Source: a virus (taxonomy: Duplodnaviria > Heunggongvirae > Uroviricota > Caudoviricetes). From it: a stretch of DNA of 18,960 nt. The stretch is from the IMG/VR virus record IMGVR_UViG_2585427767_000004. One strand, given 5' to 3'. The notes beneath the pieces are model-generated. The model was not told where the DNA came from and did no database searches. It worked only from the letters and a program-made list of their open reading frames with translations. Positions 1 through 8,918 of this stretch are shown piece by piece; the stretch's first letter is position 1, and each line of letters starts with the position of its first letter. The position numbers were made by a program, and so were the translations under genes.

Positions 1-884
1 ATGGGTATGCTGGAAAGAGAGATGAAAAACCTGGCGCGGCAGGCTGGCGGGGCGCACAAGATTGTCCATGACCGTATCGCCACGGCAGGACGGTTCTGTG
101 GACGCCTGATGGAACTGAACGTTCAGATACGCTATGTCCACCATTTAAAGACGAAGCATATTGAGGCGTATATTCAGATGCGGCTGGCGCAGGGGATTCA
201 GAAACAGACGCTGCATAATGAAACGGCGGCCATCCGTAAAATACTGACGCAGGCCGGGCGCGAAAAGCTGGCGCAGAGTGAGCGGATATCGAATAAATCG
301 CTGGGGCTGGCTGGCGTATCCCGCAACGGTACGCGGAAAGCCATTACGCCGGAATATTATCAACAGATGGCAGAGACTGCCCGGCTGAAAGACGCGGGAC
401 TGGAGGCAGCGCTGGAGCTGGCACGGCTGATGGGGTTACGTTCACAGGAAGCAGTACGCTGTTCCGGTTCACTAAAAACCTGGCGCGAAGCACTGGCGCA
501 CGGCGACACCCGGCTGACCGTGGTACTCGGCACCAAAGGCGGACGGCCCCGCGGCACCCTTATTCAGGATACTGGCGCAGTTAAACGGGCGCTTGAGACT
601 GCCATTGCGGTGACAGAACGGCGTAACGGCAGGCTGATTGATACGGCGAGCCTTAAACAGGCAATAAAATACTGGCGCAACCACACTTTGCGTATGGGCT
701 GACGGACAAATACTCCCCGCACTCACTGCGCTACGCCTGGGCGCAGGACGATATCCGCCGGTATCTGGCGCAAGGATTCAGCGAAAAAGAGGCGCTGGCA
801 ATGGTGGCGATGGGCCTGGGGCATGGCGACGGGCACGGTCGCTGGGTGAAGCAGGTGTACGCACACGAATGGAAGAAGGAATAA
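1..884 (+). pseudogene. Tyrosine recombinase (phage-type integrase), reading frame disrupted
   Basis: ORF 1..702 (233 aa) has an integrase-like N-terminal/central region including an Arg-containing box-I-like segment (RLTVVLGTKGGRPRG). TGA at 700-702 ends it, but the catalytic box II continues in another frame at 699..884 (LTDKYSPHSLRYAWAQDD...GLGHGDGHGRWVKQVYAHEWKKE, with His-x-x-Arg and a C-terminal Tyr). Either a real frameshift or a sequencing indel near 690-705. The ORF reaches the window start, so the true 5' end may lie upstream. Confidence 0.6.
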
Positions 885-1462
885 CAGCTTTCATGGCTGG
901 CGCAAAATAATACATTATGCAGTAACGGCGGTAATTTCTCTGATGCAGCTGTCAGGGAAAATCAAACCGGATAGCGCCGTTACTGCGTAACGCCAGCAAT
1001 TTACCACTCCCTCTTTACTGGATATGGCGCAGAGAGCAATGGGTATTGATTATACAGATCCAGACTACAATAACGCTTCTGGTGCAGGCTCTCATGATAC
1101 CTATCTGAATAAGCTGACTCCGTCAGAAAGGGAAAGGGTTATAAAGGTTAAAGGTGGCTAAGGGTAACAGCCCTGGCCGGAAAAGGCCGAAAACCAAAGG
1201 GCCACAAACTGGCGCAGTCCTGGATAGTTATGGTAGTTGAATGCAGGTTTGGTTGATCACAATACAGCCTGGTGTGTACAGCTTGTTCATTAACTGACCA
1301 CACTGCACGTTCACAACACCCCATCCAAAGAACAAAATGAATGCTTCCGGACTAACATCCTCACAGGCCGCTATATCGTGCCAAACAAGTACGCCAGTAA
1401 GTACGCGAGAGGAAAAATGAGAAGATCTTTATGAGAGGAAAAATTGTAACTCTTTGATTTAA

Positions 1463-1508
1463 ATGGTGCCGATAATAGGAGTCGAACCTACGACCTTCGC
1501 ATTACGAA
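1463..1508 (-). other. 3' fragment (about 46 nt) of tRNA-Thr(CGU), thrW-like; att core duplicate, not a functional tRNA
   Basis: Minus-strand sequence reads ATTCGTAATGCGAAGGTCGTAGGTTCGACTCCTATTATCGGCACCA: anticodon loop with CGT, T-arm GGTTCGACTCC, acceptor 3' strand and CCA. The sequence upstream of the anticodon loop (higher coordinates) does not form the D-arm or 5' acceptor strand, so only the 3' part is present. The match to E. coli thrW is from memory, not from a search. Confidence 0.8.
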
Positions 1509-2494
1509 TTATAAGAATCCGCTTCTAATTCAAAGCATTACCCCATTAACACTGCGCTCACACGTCCCACCACATCAAAACATGTAAAGCCTTGCAAGCC
1601 ATTGTGAGGCCTTATGTGTCTCAGTTTTGTCCCATCTTGTATTACGACTCGCATAGCCAATGAAGATAAACGTGACAACAAACGGCGAAGCAGTCTTCTT
1701 TTCTTTCACGCCTTCCCTGCACGCAGCATGCATACCTTTCTACCACAACTGAAGTGAATGCCTGTTATGAGCAACAAGCGGAAGTTAAATGGTTAGACGT
1801 TAGCATCGACTTACACAGGTCTAACCCAATGCGGCAGCTCCCGACAGGCTGGATGTTGTCAATGCTGAAAAGGGCAAGGGACGGGCAACCGCATATCTCG
1901 GCCTGCAGCGGCCCCTCCTGAAAGACGAGTCTCAGCGCTGGCATCGGCAGAATGCGTGACGGAACACATGACATCGATACGGGCGATGTTGAACAGTGTG
2001 CGTTCCCGTTCGGCAGGGGGGAGCGTGGTATGAACAGACCTGTTTTAGCCAGCCCGTATACCGGTCCCGTTTTCAGCTGTGTGAGGCGCTGAATGCCGTC
2101 GACGGGGTAGTCACTCACTTTTCCTGCGAGGGGCATCCCCGCGCCGCTGCGCGGCCATATGTTGTTTTCTCTTCCAGTGAGTTAGTGGCTCGCCGGACAG
2201 ACTGCGCAATCAGAATGGCTCACCGTCAGGGGCGCCTGCGGTACGTGTGGTGAGTGACAGGGGATTTCAGTGTTGCTTCGGGCAATTTTTTGTACTGCAT
2301 TGAACCCAATGATATCCGGTTAACCGGAAAGCCATGGCTGGGGTTAATCCCCCGCTGGCGAAGAAGGATAATGGATCACCATGCAACCTCTTGAAAATAC
2401 TTCCTTGATTATCAGAGTGTTTTTCCTCAAAATGTTTTTCTTTCAAACATTTTGTAATACACACTGCAATACACAACTTCTAAATGGATAAAGT

Positions 2495-3865
2495 ATGACT
2501 CTGAATGAATTTTCATCAACCACAGCATCTATTTTTGGTAATTTTGAAAAAATCATAAGAATGCTAAAAAGCATAAGTGACCCTAAATACATAACCGTTG
2601 CCAACAGAAGAAGCAAACTTTTGGGAAATATGTCCGAACATATTTCCATAATCAATAAATTCCATCCTTTCGCACATGCTGAATTCTTTACAAAAGAAGA
2701 AAAAGAAAATATCTTTTCACTACTAAAACTTACGGACAACTACATATCATCTATGATTTCTGATATTTTTTCAGATGATATTTATCGGAACATTATCACT
2801 ATCAATGATGATTTAATTAGGTATTCAAGAATATCTAAGTTTATCCAAGGCACGCATAATCAACCTAATACCTTAGCCATGTTCAAAAATCAAGCATCTA
2901 ATGAAATAGCCAAAGTGGTAGATCTGAAAAATGAAATTGAAATAAGTGCAACTCAAATCAGAGAGTTAGCAGTAAGAAATGCAAATTCTCATGATAAAAT
3001 CATTAAACTTGTTACGGACTTGAACGCCGAGACGAAAAAATTTGAAAGCGCCGGTTCTGAAATAGAATTCATACTAAAAAAGAGCAGAGATGCACTTATT
3101 GGTATAGAATCATCTAGTGAAAAGCTAAGAACTGTTGAAGAAACATTAAACAATATCGTTAATACAAACAAATCAATGCAAGACGAAATCATTAAAAAAT
3201 CTGCTGAGTCTGCCAGTGAGATTAAAAATCTCCTTGATAAAAAAAATGAAATTAAAGAATTAAAAACCATTATATCTGGTGAAATAAATAATGCGAAAGA
3301 ATTGAACTCTAAAGCTAATTCCGCATTGAATTTATCTGGAACATATAGGCTATCAAGACATTTTAGAGATGCATACAAAACCGCAAATAAAAACAAAAGG
3401 TTTTGGGCCTTTGTATCAATAGGAGCTGCAATCGTATGTATAGCATTCGTGGTTTATATGCTTGTCAAGATGAATGAAGTTAGTTCTTATCCTCCTACAG
3501 GCCAAGAGCCCAACTTATTATTATTATTCTTTGCTCGATTCTCAATGATTCCAGTATTAATAGGCTTCTTTGTATTTAGCGCCATACAATATGTTAAACA
3601 AAACAACATCAGTGAAGATTATGCGCATAAAAAATTGCTATCTGAAACTCTTGTATCTTTCAAGCAGGAAATCAATAAGAACGATACCGATAAATCATCA
3701 TTATTCATGGATAACATTCTTAAATCAGTATTAAGATCACCGCTTAGCTCCATAGACAAGAAGTCGCATCAAATGGAAATTGATAAAATAAACGAATTGA
3801 TTAATACGACATCTAAAATTAATAAAGAAATTATAGACCGCGTTTTGCCTGAGAAAGAGAAATAA
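2495..3865 (+). CDS. Hypothetical protein, 456 aa: coiled-coil-rich N-terminal domain, two predicted transmembrane helices, short C-terminal tail; candidate membrane effector (defence / superinfection exclusion); family not recognised
   Basis: Long uninterrupted ORF in a visibly AT-rich block, with ATG at 2495 and a weak GGA Shine-Dalgarno about 6 nt upstream. Residues about 309-330 (FWAFVSIGAAIVCIAFVVYMLV) and about 348-370 (LLLLFFARFSMIPVLIGFFVFSAI) are strongly hydrophobic. The N-terminal 300 aa are K/E/I/N-rich with heptad-like periodicity. No catalytic motif recognised. Confidence 0.8.
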   Translation: MTLNEFSSTTASIFGNFEKIIRMLKSISDPKYITVANRRSKLLGNMSEHISIINKFHPFAHAEFFTKEEKENIFSLLKLTDNYISSMISDIFSDDIYRNIITINDDLIRYSRISKFIQGTHNQPNTLAMFKNQASNEIAKVVDLKNEIEISATQIRELAVRNANSHDKIIKLVTDLNAETKKFESAGSEIEFILKKSRDALIGIESSSEKLRTVEETLNNIVNTNKSMQDEIIKKSAESASEIKNLLDKKNEIKELKTIISGEINNAKELNSKANSALNLSGTYRLSRHFRDAYKTANKNKRFWAFVSIGAAIVCIAFVVYMLVKMNEVSSYPPTGQEPNLLLLFFARFSMIPVLIGFFVFSAIQYVKQNNISEDYAHKKLLSETLVSFKQEINKNDTDKSSLFMDNILKSVLRSPLSSIDKKSHQMEIDKINELINTTSKINKEIIDRVLPEKEK

Positions 3866-4110
3866 CCTTATCTATAGCTACAAGGAAGGTAATATGCTTT
3901 TTGCAGTTACCTTCATGTAGCAGGTTTGCAATCACTACATATGTAATTTTTATTTCCCACTCATTCGCCCTAACTCAATTTGCATACTTACCTCATTAAT
4001 AGGCATTTTGTCTTCCATGAGTACATCCAAGCCTCTCCGGTCAGGGCATGAAGGGGCGCCAGTTCATAGACGGTGCAGTGATTCTGTCCAGTGCTGGCAT
4101 TCCGCATGCT

Positions 4111-4162
4111 GCAGCTGCGCGGCAAGCCTGAAATCTGCTGGCATACTTTACGCTCGGTGCGC
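4111..4162. repeat. Direct repeat R1 (about 51 bp), partner of 4306..4357
   Basis: GCAGCTGCGCGGCAAGCCTGAAATCTGCTGGCATACTTTACGCTCGGTGCG versus GCAGCTGCGCGGCCAGTCGGAAATCTGCTGGCATACTCTGCGCCCGGTGCG, near-identical by eye. Additional copies of a TGCTGGCA-like motif occur nearby (e.g. about 4091, 4181, 4362). Confidence 0.6.
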
Positions 4163-4305
4163 CGGTGAACACGGCCCGCAGCTGGCATCTTTACACATAA
4201 CCAGTACTGTAAAAGTCCCGTAATACCGTGTCGCCCGGTCATTTTCAAACCACCGTTTGGCCGCTACCATTCAGTACTTTTCGTCCTGCTGACAGATGTG
4301 CCATC

Positions 4306-4357
4306 GCAGCTGCGCGGCCAGTCGGAAATCTGCTGGCATACTCTGCGCCCGGTGCGG
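4306..4357. repeat. Direct repeat R2 (about 51 bp), partner of 4111..4162
   Basis: See R1; same orientation, about 195 bp apart, in a GC-rich segment with no convincing ORF. Confidence 0.6.
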
Positions 4358-4512
4358 TCGCAGAACTGCTGGCAGACAGTCCTTTCTTCATTTACCCACT
4401 ACCTGGACACAAAGCGTTGTACGTCCAGTTTGGGGGCGAATTATGATTAGGCAGGCTCCGGCAGTGCTCCCGGCTCTGTCAAAATTTAGTGACGTAAAGT
4501 CATGGAGGATCG

Positions 4513-4644
4513 GTGGGAGGAGGTGCAAATCCTCTCATACAAAAAATACGTAAAATCGGTAACGGCTGGAAATAATTCAATACTTGCACTATCGGAAGTT
4601 CACCAGCCAGCCGCAGCACGTTCTTGCATACGACGTGCCTGCGG
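4513..4644. repeat. Direct repeat A (about 130 bp), partner of 9108..9234; ends in a stem-loop
   Basis: Aligns by eye to 9108..9234 at roughly 80 percent identity (shared CAAATCCTCTC...GTAAAATCGGTA.C.GCTGGAAAT.ATTCAA...GCACTATCGGAAGTTCACCAGCC..CCGCAG). 3' hairpin CCGCAGCACG-loop-CGTGCCTGCGG followed by TTT. Confidence 0.7.
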
Positions 4645-5349
4645 TTTCAACTCCCGCCAGCCCACCAATCATGATTGGACGGTGTAAGGACAACACCAAA
4701 AAAACATGAAGTTAGCAGTCTCAGCGGAACACCGACCAGACGGTAAGCAGACAAAAAAGGATAAGCAAAGGAGCCGCAGTTCCCTAATGACACGAAAGCC
4801 CGCATTCTGATTAATTTGCTGTGCTTCACCTATCTCCATCAATAAAAACCATTCTTTTATAGCTTGTATATGCCAACTTGGCATGAATGCTTGTGATGAG
4901 TGAGGTGTGAAAGTTAGACGCAACATCCCCCTAGCGCCCACTCATTGCTATCGACGCCTTATTTTCAACATCAATGCAAATAGAAGTATGAAGATCGATG
5001 ATAGTAAACATTAGGTTAAAAAAACACGTAGTACTCTCCTTGGAGTATGAAGACGTTACTCACTTTAAGATTAGCATCCTCAAACCACTGTGAATTTGCT
5101 CCCATACGGAAAGAGGTGACTCAGACCTACAAAAATTTGTCAGGCCCGAAGGGTATCTTGCGCCAGCATAAAATACTGGATATAACCTAACTATTCATTT
5201 TAGCAATAGCCATTGCTTACGAGAGCTAGCTAATCTACGTAAATGCTAGGCATAACAGTGTCTTTAAAAGATATAGGTGGAATAAGTTCTGAAGTATGAG
5301 TGCTCTTCTTTTTCATCTATTCGTAATCAAAATGTGGATGTGATTGTTA

Positions 5350-8300
5350 ATGACAAATAAAAAAAATTTGAGTAATCCTTTTTCTACAGGCGGAGGCGGT
5401 GTTCATTTTGAAGCACATGTCCAAGCGTCTTTTGTTGCTCTAATGCTAACAGGCGGTAATGCACCTTGTCTTCCTTGTTGGCCCATAGTGGAGATAAATC
5501 TCCAGGGCAAGATTGATGGTTTTGATACCGACGACTTGATCGTCGTTGTTAAAGATTTCAACAGCAATGAAAAACGGAAGCTATTAGGACAAATAAAGCA
5601 TTCTATTTCATTTACGCAAGGTAATGCGATACTTGGGGAAGTTATACAGGCTGCTTGGAACGATTTCAACAATCCTGACTTGTTTACCAAGAACAAGGAT
5701 GTTATTGCACTGATCACCGGTCCGCTCAGTTCGACCGATACACACAATGTGCTCTGGTTATTGAATCAGGCTAGACACACAAAAACAGTCGATGAATTTT
5801 TGAGGAACGTTCAAAAAGCCAAGTTCAGCCCGCCTAAAAGTACTGAGAAACTGGAGGCCATCCAGTTTCATCTGAAGATGGCAAACAGTGGGAACGATTT
5901 AACAAACGATGAGCTTTATGACTTTTTGAACCATTTCCATTTACTAGGGTACGATCTGGGTAATGAATCAGGCGTCGTCCTTTCTTTGCTGCACTCCCAC
6001 ATAGCGCAATTCCATCAACAGTATCCTCAGTGGGTTTGGTCGCGGATAGTTGATATCGTACAAACTTGGAATAAAGATGCTGGCACTATCATTTCAAGTA
6101 AGCTACCTGAAGATCTTTTAGATGTTTTCAAACAAAGGGTTATTGCTGAAATACCTGAGAAGTTGAGGTTAGTACAACCGGTAGTCAAAACCGACTGGAC
6201 TCACCACCCAGATGCCTCTTATTTAGCCTTAGCAGTGTTGATTGGGCAATGGAATGATAAAAATGAGTGTGACCGAAATGTACTAACCCAATTGCTTGGT
6301 ATCAGCTATGACGAATGGCTAAGGAAGGCTCGAGAGATTTTACATAGCCCAGACAGTCCTTTGTCCCTAAAAAACGGCATTTGGAAAGTAACAAATCGAA
6401 TGGAGCTATGGAGTCTTCTTGGATCCCGCATTTTTGATCAGAATCTTGAATTGTTTAAGTCTTCCGCGATTTCCGTACTCAAAGAGCCAGACCCTGCTTT
6501 CGAATTACCTGCTGAAGAGCGTTACGCTGCTAGTATTCATGGTAAGGTGCTGAAGTTTTCATCCACGCTGCGACAAGGTATAGCAGAGGGTTTAGCCATA
6601 ATCGGGAGTCGGCCAGAGGTTTGCGTTAACTGCTCTCAGGGGAATGCTGAAACTTCCGTTAACGTCGCAATACATACAATTTTGACTGATGCAAACTGGG
6701 TTTTATGGGGTAGCCTAAACGGTTTGCTACCAACTTTGGCTGAAGCAGCTCCTGCAAAATTTCTTGATGCAGTTGAGAAGGCAATGCGTCAGACTCCTTG
6801 TGCATTTGATGAGCTTTTTTCTCAAGAAGTAAATGGTATCACTGGTGGTAATTATCTGACAGGACTGCTATGGGCTCTAGAAGAATTAGCCTGGGATGAG
6901 CAATACCTAGTACGCGTCTGTGTTGTACTGGCCGAACTTGCCAGCCACGATCCTGGGGGCAAGTGGGCTAATCGACCATCTAACTCGCTTACTACTATAT
7001 TATTACCGTGGTTTCCGCAAACGCTGGCATCTATAGAAAAACGAAAAGTTGCAGTCAACGTCATCTTGCAGGAATGGCCTGACATTGCCTGGAATTTACT
7101 CGTCCAGCTTCTACCCGGTCACCATCAAACCTCTTCTGGGTCACACAAGCCCTCTTGGCGCCGAATAATCCCAGATGATTGGGAAAGCAAAGTGACTAAT
7201 CAGGATTACTGGTTGCAGACATCTTTTTATGCTGAGCTTGCCGTCAAAAACGCCGGAGAAGATATCGAACGCCTTACCTTGTTGATTGATAATTTTGATG
7301 GCCTTCCATCTCCTGCTTTCGAACATCTTCTTAAGCACCTCTCTTCGGAAACAATTAATTGTCTTAATGAAGAGCAGCGAGTTGTAATTTGGGATCATCT
7401 TCATCGATTCGCAAATAAACATCGGCGATTCTCTAATGCTAATTGGGCTTTACCTGATGATCTGCTGACCAAAATCGAAAATGTTGCCGAGCAACTGGCA
7501 CCTACCAATCCATTCAACTTATATCAGCACCTTTTTTCAAATCGAGATTTTGATCTTTACTTAGAAAATGGCGATTGGGAAGAACGGAGAAATAAACTCG
7601 AATCAAGGCGCGAATCCGCAATATCAGAAATTCTTAAGCAAGATGGCGCAGAAGGCGTTATTCGATTTGCAGATCACGTTTCTGCGCCCCATCAAATAGG
7701 AAGTGTACTCGGCACTATCAACGATGATGTGTTCGAAAAACTTCTTTTGCCCCGTTTCCTCAATACAAAAGAAAATAAGTATAAGGCATTGGTAAGCGCT
7801 TTTATTTGGAAGCGTTTCTATCTCAAAGGCTGGGAGTGGTTCGACAATCTGGATAAAGCTGACTGGACTCCTGAACAGTTAGGCCAATTCTTTGCTTATC
7901 TGCCTTTTAACAAGGAGACCTGGACCCGAGTCTCTCATTATCCTCAAGCTTCCGAGAACGAATATTGGGCTCGCACCGATGCAAATCCTGACCTGGGTGA
8001 AGGTGACCTTACTAGTGCCATCGATAAGCTGATTGATCATGGCAGACCTCTTGCGGCAATCAATTGCCTGTGCAGGATGCATCAGACAAAGCAGCCAATC
8101 GATACTGAACAGTGTATCCGCGCTTTGCTTGCTGCCACTTCAACTAACGAATCTAGCTCCAACATGGATGGTTACAACATAACTACCCTTATCCAATTTC
8201 TTCAGACTGATCCCAAAGTGAATCCGGATAATCTTTTTCAGATCGAGTGGGCTTACCTTCCATTGCTCGATGGTCACCAAGATGCTGTGCCTAAGTTCCT

Positions 8301-8892
8301 TGAGAATAAAATGGCTAATGATCCAGAATTTTTCTGCGAAGTAATCCAACTCATTTATCGTTCTGACAAAGAAGACAATATGACAAGTGAACCAACAGAG
8401 GAATTGAAAGCAATCGCAAAAAATGCCTGGACTCTTTTGTACAACTGGAAGACACCGCCAGGAAGCCAATCAAATGGGACGTTCAACGGAGAACGCTTTA
8501 CTGAATGGCTTCAGAAAGTTAAGGAGGGTTCTACGGCATCAGGTCACCTGGACGTTGCACTCAGCAAAGTTGGTGAAGTCTTGATTTATACTCCCTCCGA
8601 ACCGAATGGCTTGTGGATAAACCGAGAGGTCGCAGCTGCTCTCAACGATCGAGATGCTGAGAGTATGCGCAGGGGCTACATGACAGGAGCCTACAACTCA
8701 CGAGGTGTTTATTGTGTTGACCCAACTGGAAAACCTGAGAGAGAGCTAGCTGACCAGTTCCGGGCAAAAGCAGAAGAAGTGGAAAACGCTGGTTTTCAGC
8801 GATTCGCCGTTACCTTAAGAGATTTAGCGGTTGGCTATGACCACGAAGCTGCACAGGTTATCAGCAATCTAAATATTGGAGAGGATGATTAA
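5350..8892 (+). CDS. Large hypothetical protein (about 1180 aa), no P-loop; family not recognised; candidate stand-alone defence or toxin protein
   Basis: Uninterrupted 3.5-kb ORF. The track starts at TTG 5344, but ATG 5350 (MTNKKNLSNPF...) is the more likely start. Moderately AT-rich compared with the tail genes. No Walker A (GxxxxGK[ST]) found on reading the translation. Gly-rich N-terminus (FSTGGGGVHFEAH), CxxC pairs (CLPC, CVNC), Trp-rich helical remainder. Putative terminator just downstream. Confidence 0.85.
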   Translation: MTNKKNLSNPFSTGGGGVHFEAHVQASFVALMLTGGNAPCLPCWPIVEINLQGKIDGFDTDDLIVVVKDFNSNEKRKLLGQIKHSISFTQGNAILGEVIQAAWNDFNNPDLFTKNKDVIALITGPLSSTDTHNVLWLLNQARHTKTVDEFLRNVQKAKFSPPKSTEKLEAIQFHLKMANSGNDLTNDELYDFLNHFHLLGYDLGNESGVVLSLLHSHIAQFHQQYPQWVWSRIVDIVQTWNKDAGTIISSKLPEDLLDVFKQRVIAEIPEKLRLVQPVVKTDWTHHPDASYLALAVLIGQWNDKNECDRNVLTQLLGISYDEWLRKAREILHSPDSPLSLKNGIWKVTNRMELWSLLGSRIFDQNLELFKSSAISVLKEPDPAFELPAEERYAASIHGKVLKFSSTLRQGIAEGLAIIGSRPEVCVNCSQGNAETSVNVAIHTILTDANWVLWGSLNGLLPTLAEAAPAKFLDAVEKAMRQTPCAFDELFSQEVNGITGGNYLTGLLWALEELAWDEQYLVRVCVVLAELASHDPGGKWANRPSNSLTTILLPWFPQTLASIEKRKVAVNVILQEWPDIAWNLLVQLLPGHHQTSSGSHKPSWRRIIPDDWESKVTNQDYWLQTSFYAELAVKNAGEDIERLTLLIDNFDGLPSPAFEHLLKHLSSETINCLNEEQRVVIWDHLHRFANKHRRFSNANWALPDDLLTKIENVAEQLAPTNPFNLYQHLFSNRDFDLYLENGDWEERRNKLESRRESAISEILKQDGAEGVIRFADHVSAPHQIGSVLGTINDDVFEKLLLPRFLNTKENKYKALVSAFIWKRFYLKGWEWFDNLDKADWTPEQLGQFFAYLPFNKETWTRVSHYPQASENEYWARTDANPDLGEGDLTSAIDKLIDHGRPLAAINCLCRMHQTKQPIDTEQCIRALLAATSTNESSSNMDGYNITTLIQFLQTDPKVNPDNLFQIEWAYLPLLDGHQDAVPKFLENKMANDPEFFCEVIQLIYRSDKEDNMTSEPTEELKAIAKNAWTLLYNWKTPPGSQSNGTFNGERFTEWLQKVKEGSTASGHLDVALSKVGEVLIYTPSEPNGLWINREVAAALNDRDAESMRRGYMTGAYNSRGVYCVDPTGKPERELADQFRAKAEEVENAGFQRFAVTLRDLAVGYDHEAAQVISNLNIGEDD

Positions 8893-8918
8893 TCTAAACA
8901 CCTAAATGTGGAGAAACT

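Noticed and set aside
1463-1560. Complete tRNA-Thr gene
   Set aside because: Only the 3' portion from the anticodon loop to CCA is present. The sequence where the D-arm and 5' acceptor strand should be does not pair with the 3' acceptor strand, so this is an att fragment, not a gene.
1765-2253. Overlapping ORFs 1765..2136 (minus) and 1996..2253 (plus) next to the att fragment
   Set aside because: Mutually overlapping, with no start-site signals and unconvincing amino-acid composition; possibly a decayed remnant or non-coding. A GC-rich hairpin (CCGCGC-CGCT-GCGCGG at about 2140-2156) was noted but is not enough to call a feature.
2989-3396. 135-aa minus-strand ORF inside the 456-aa gene; also 2267..2476 and 2443..2739 minus-strand ORFs
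   Set aside because: Antisense or overlapping with the much longer plus-strand ORF or its upstream region. AT-rich DNA produces long spurious frames, and no ribosome-binding site or conservation is evident.
3885-3914. Hairpin GAAGGTAA-N14-TTACCTTC after the 456-aa gene as a terminator
   Set aside because: Perfect 8-bp stem, but the loop is large and there is no U-tract downstream, so I did not call it an intrinsic terminator.
4513-4545. tRNA-like T-arm motif (GGTGCAAATCC / GGTTCAAATCC) at the start of repeats A and B
   Set aside because: It resembles a T-loop, but no acceptor stem, D-arm or anticodon arm can be built around it. Kept only as part of the repeat description.
3988-4941. Cluster of short ORFs on both strands (60-90 aa) between the two cargo genes
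   Set aside because: They overlap each other, coincide with the direct repeats, lack ribosome-binding sites and translate to Cys/Arg-rich peptides. The region is better explained as non-coding, repeat-bearing DNA or a decayed remnant.
5047-5190. 47-aa small ORF (MKTLLTLRLASSNHCEFAPIRK...) upstream of the large gene
   Set aside because: The GGAG is only 1 nt from the ATG, which is too close for a functional Shine-Dalgarno, and I have no conservation evidence. Could be rechecked with ribosome profiling.
5403-8469. Minus-strand ORFs inside the large gene (5403..5747, 6852..7085, 7141..7422, 7879..8082, 8140..8469)
   Set aside because: All are antisense to the uninterrupted 3.5-kb plus-strand frame; treated as shadow ORFs.
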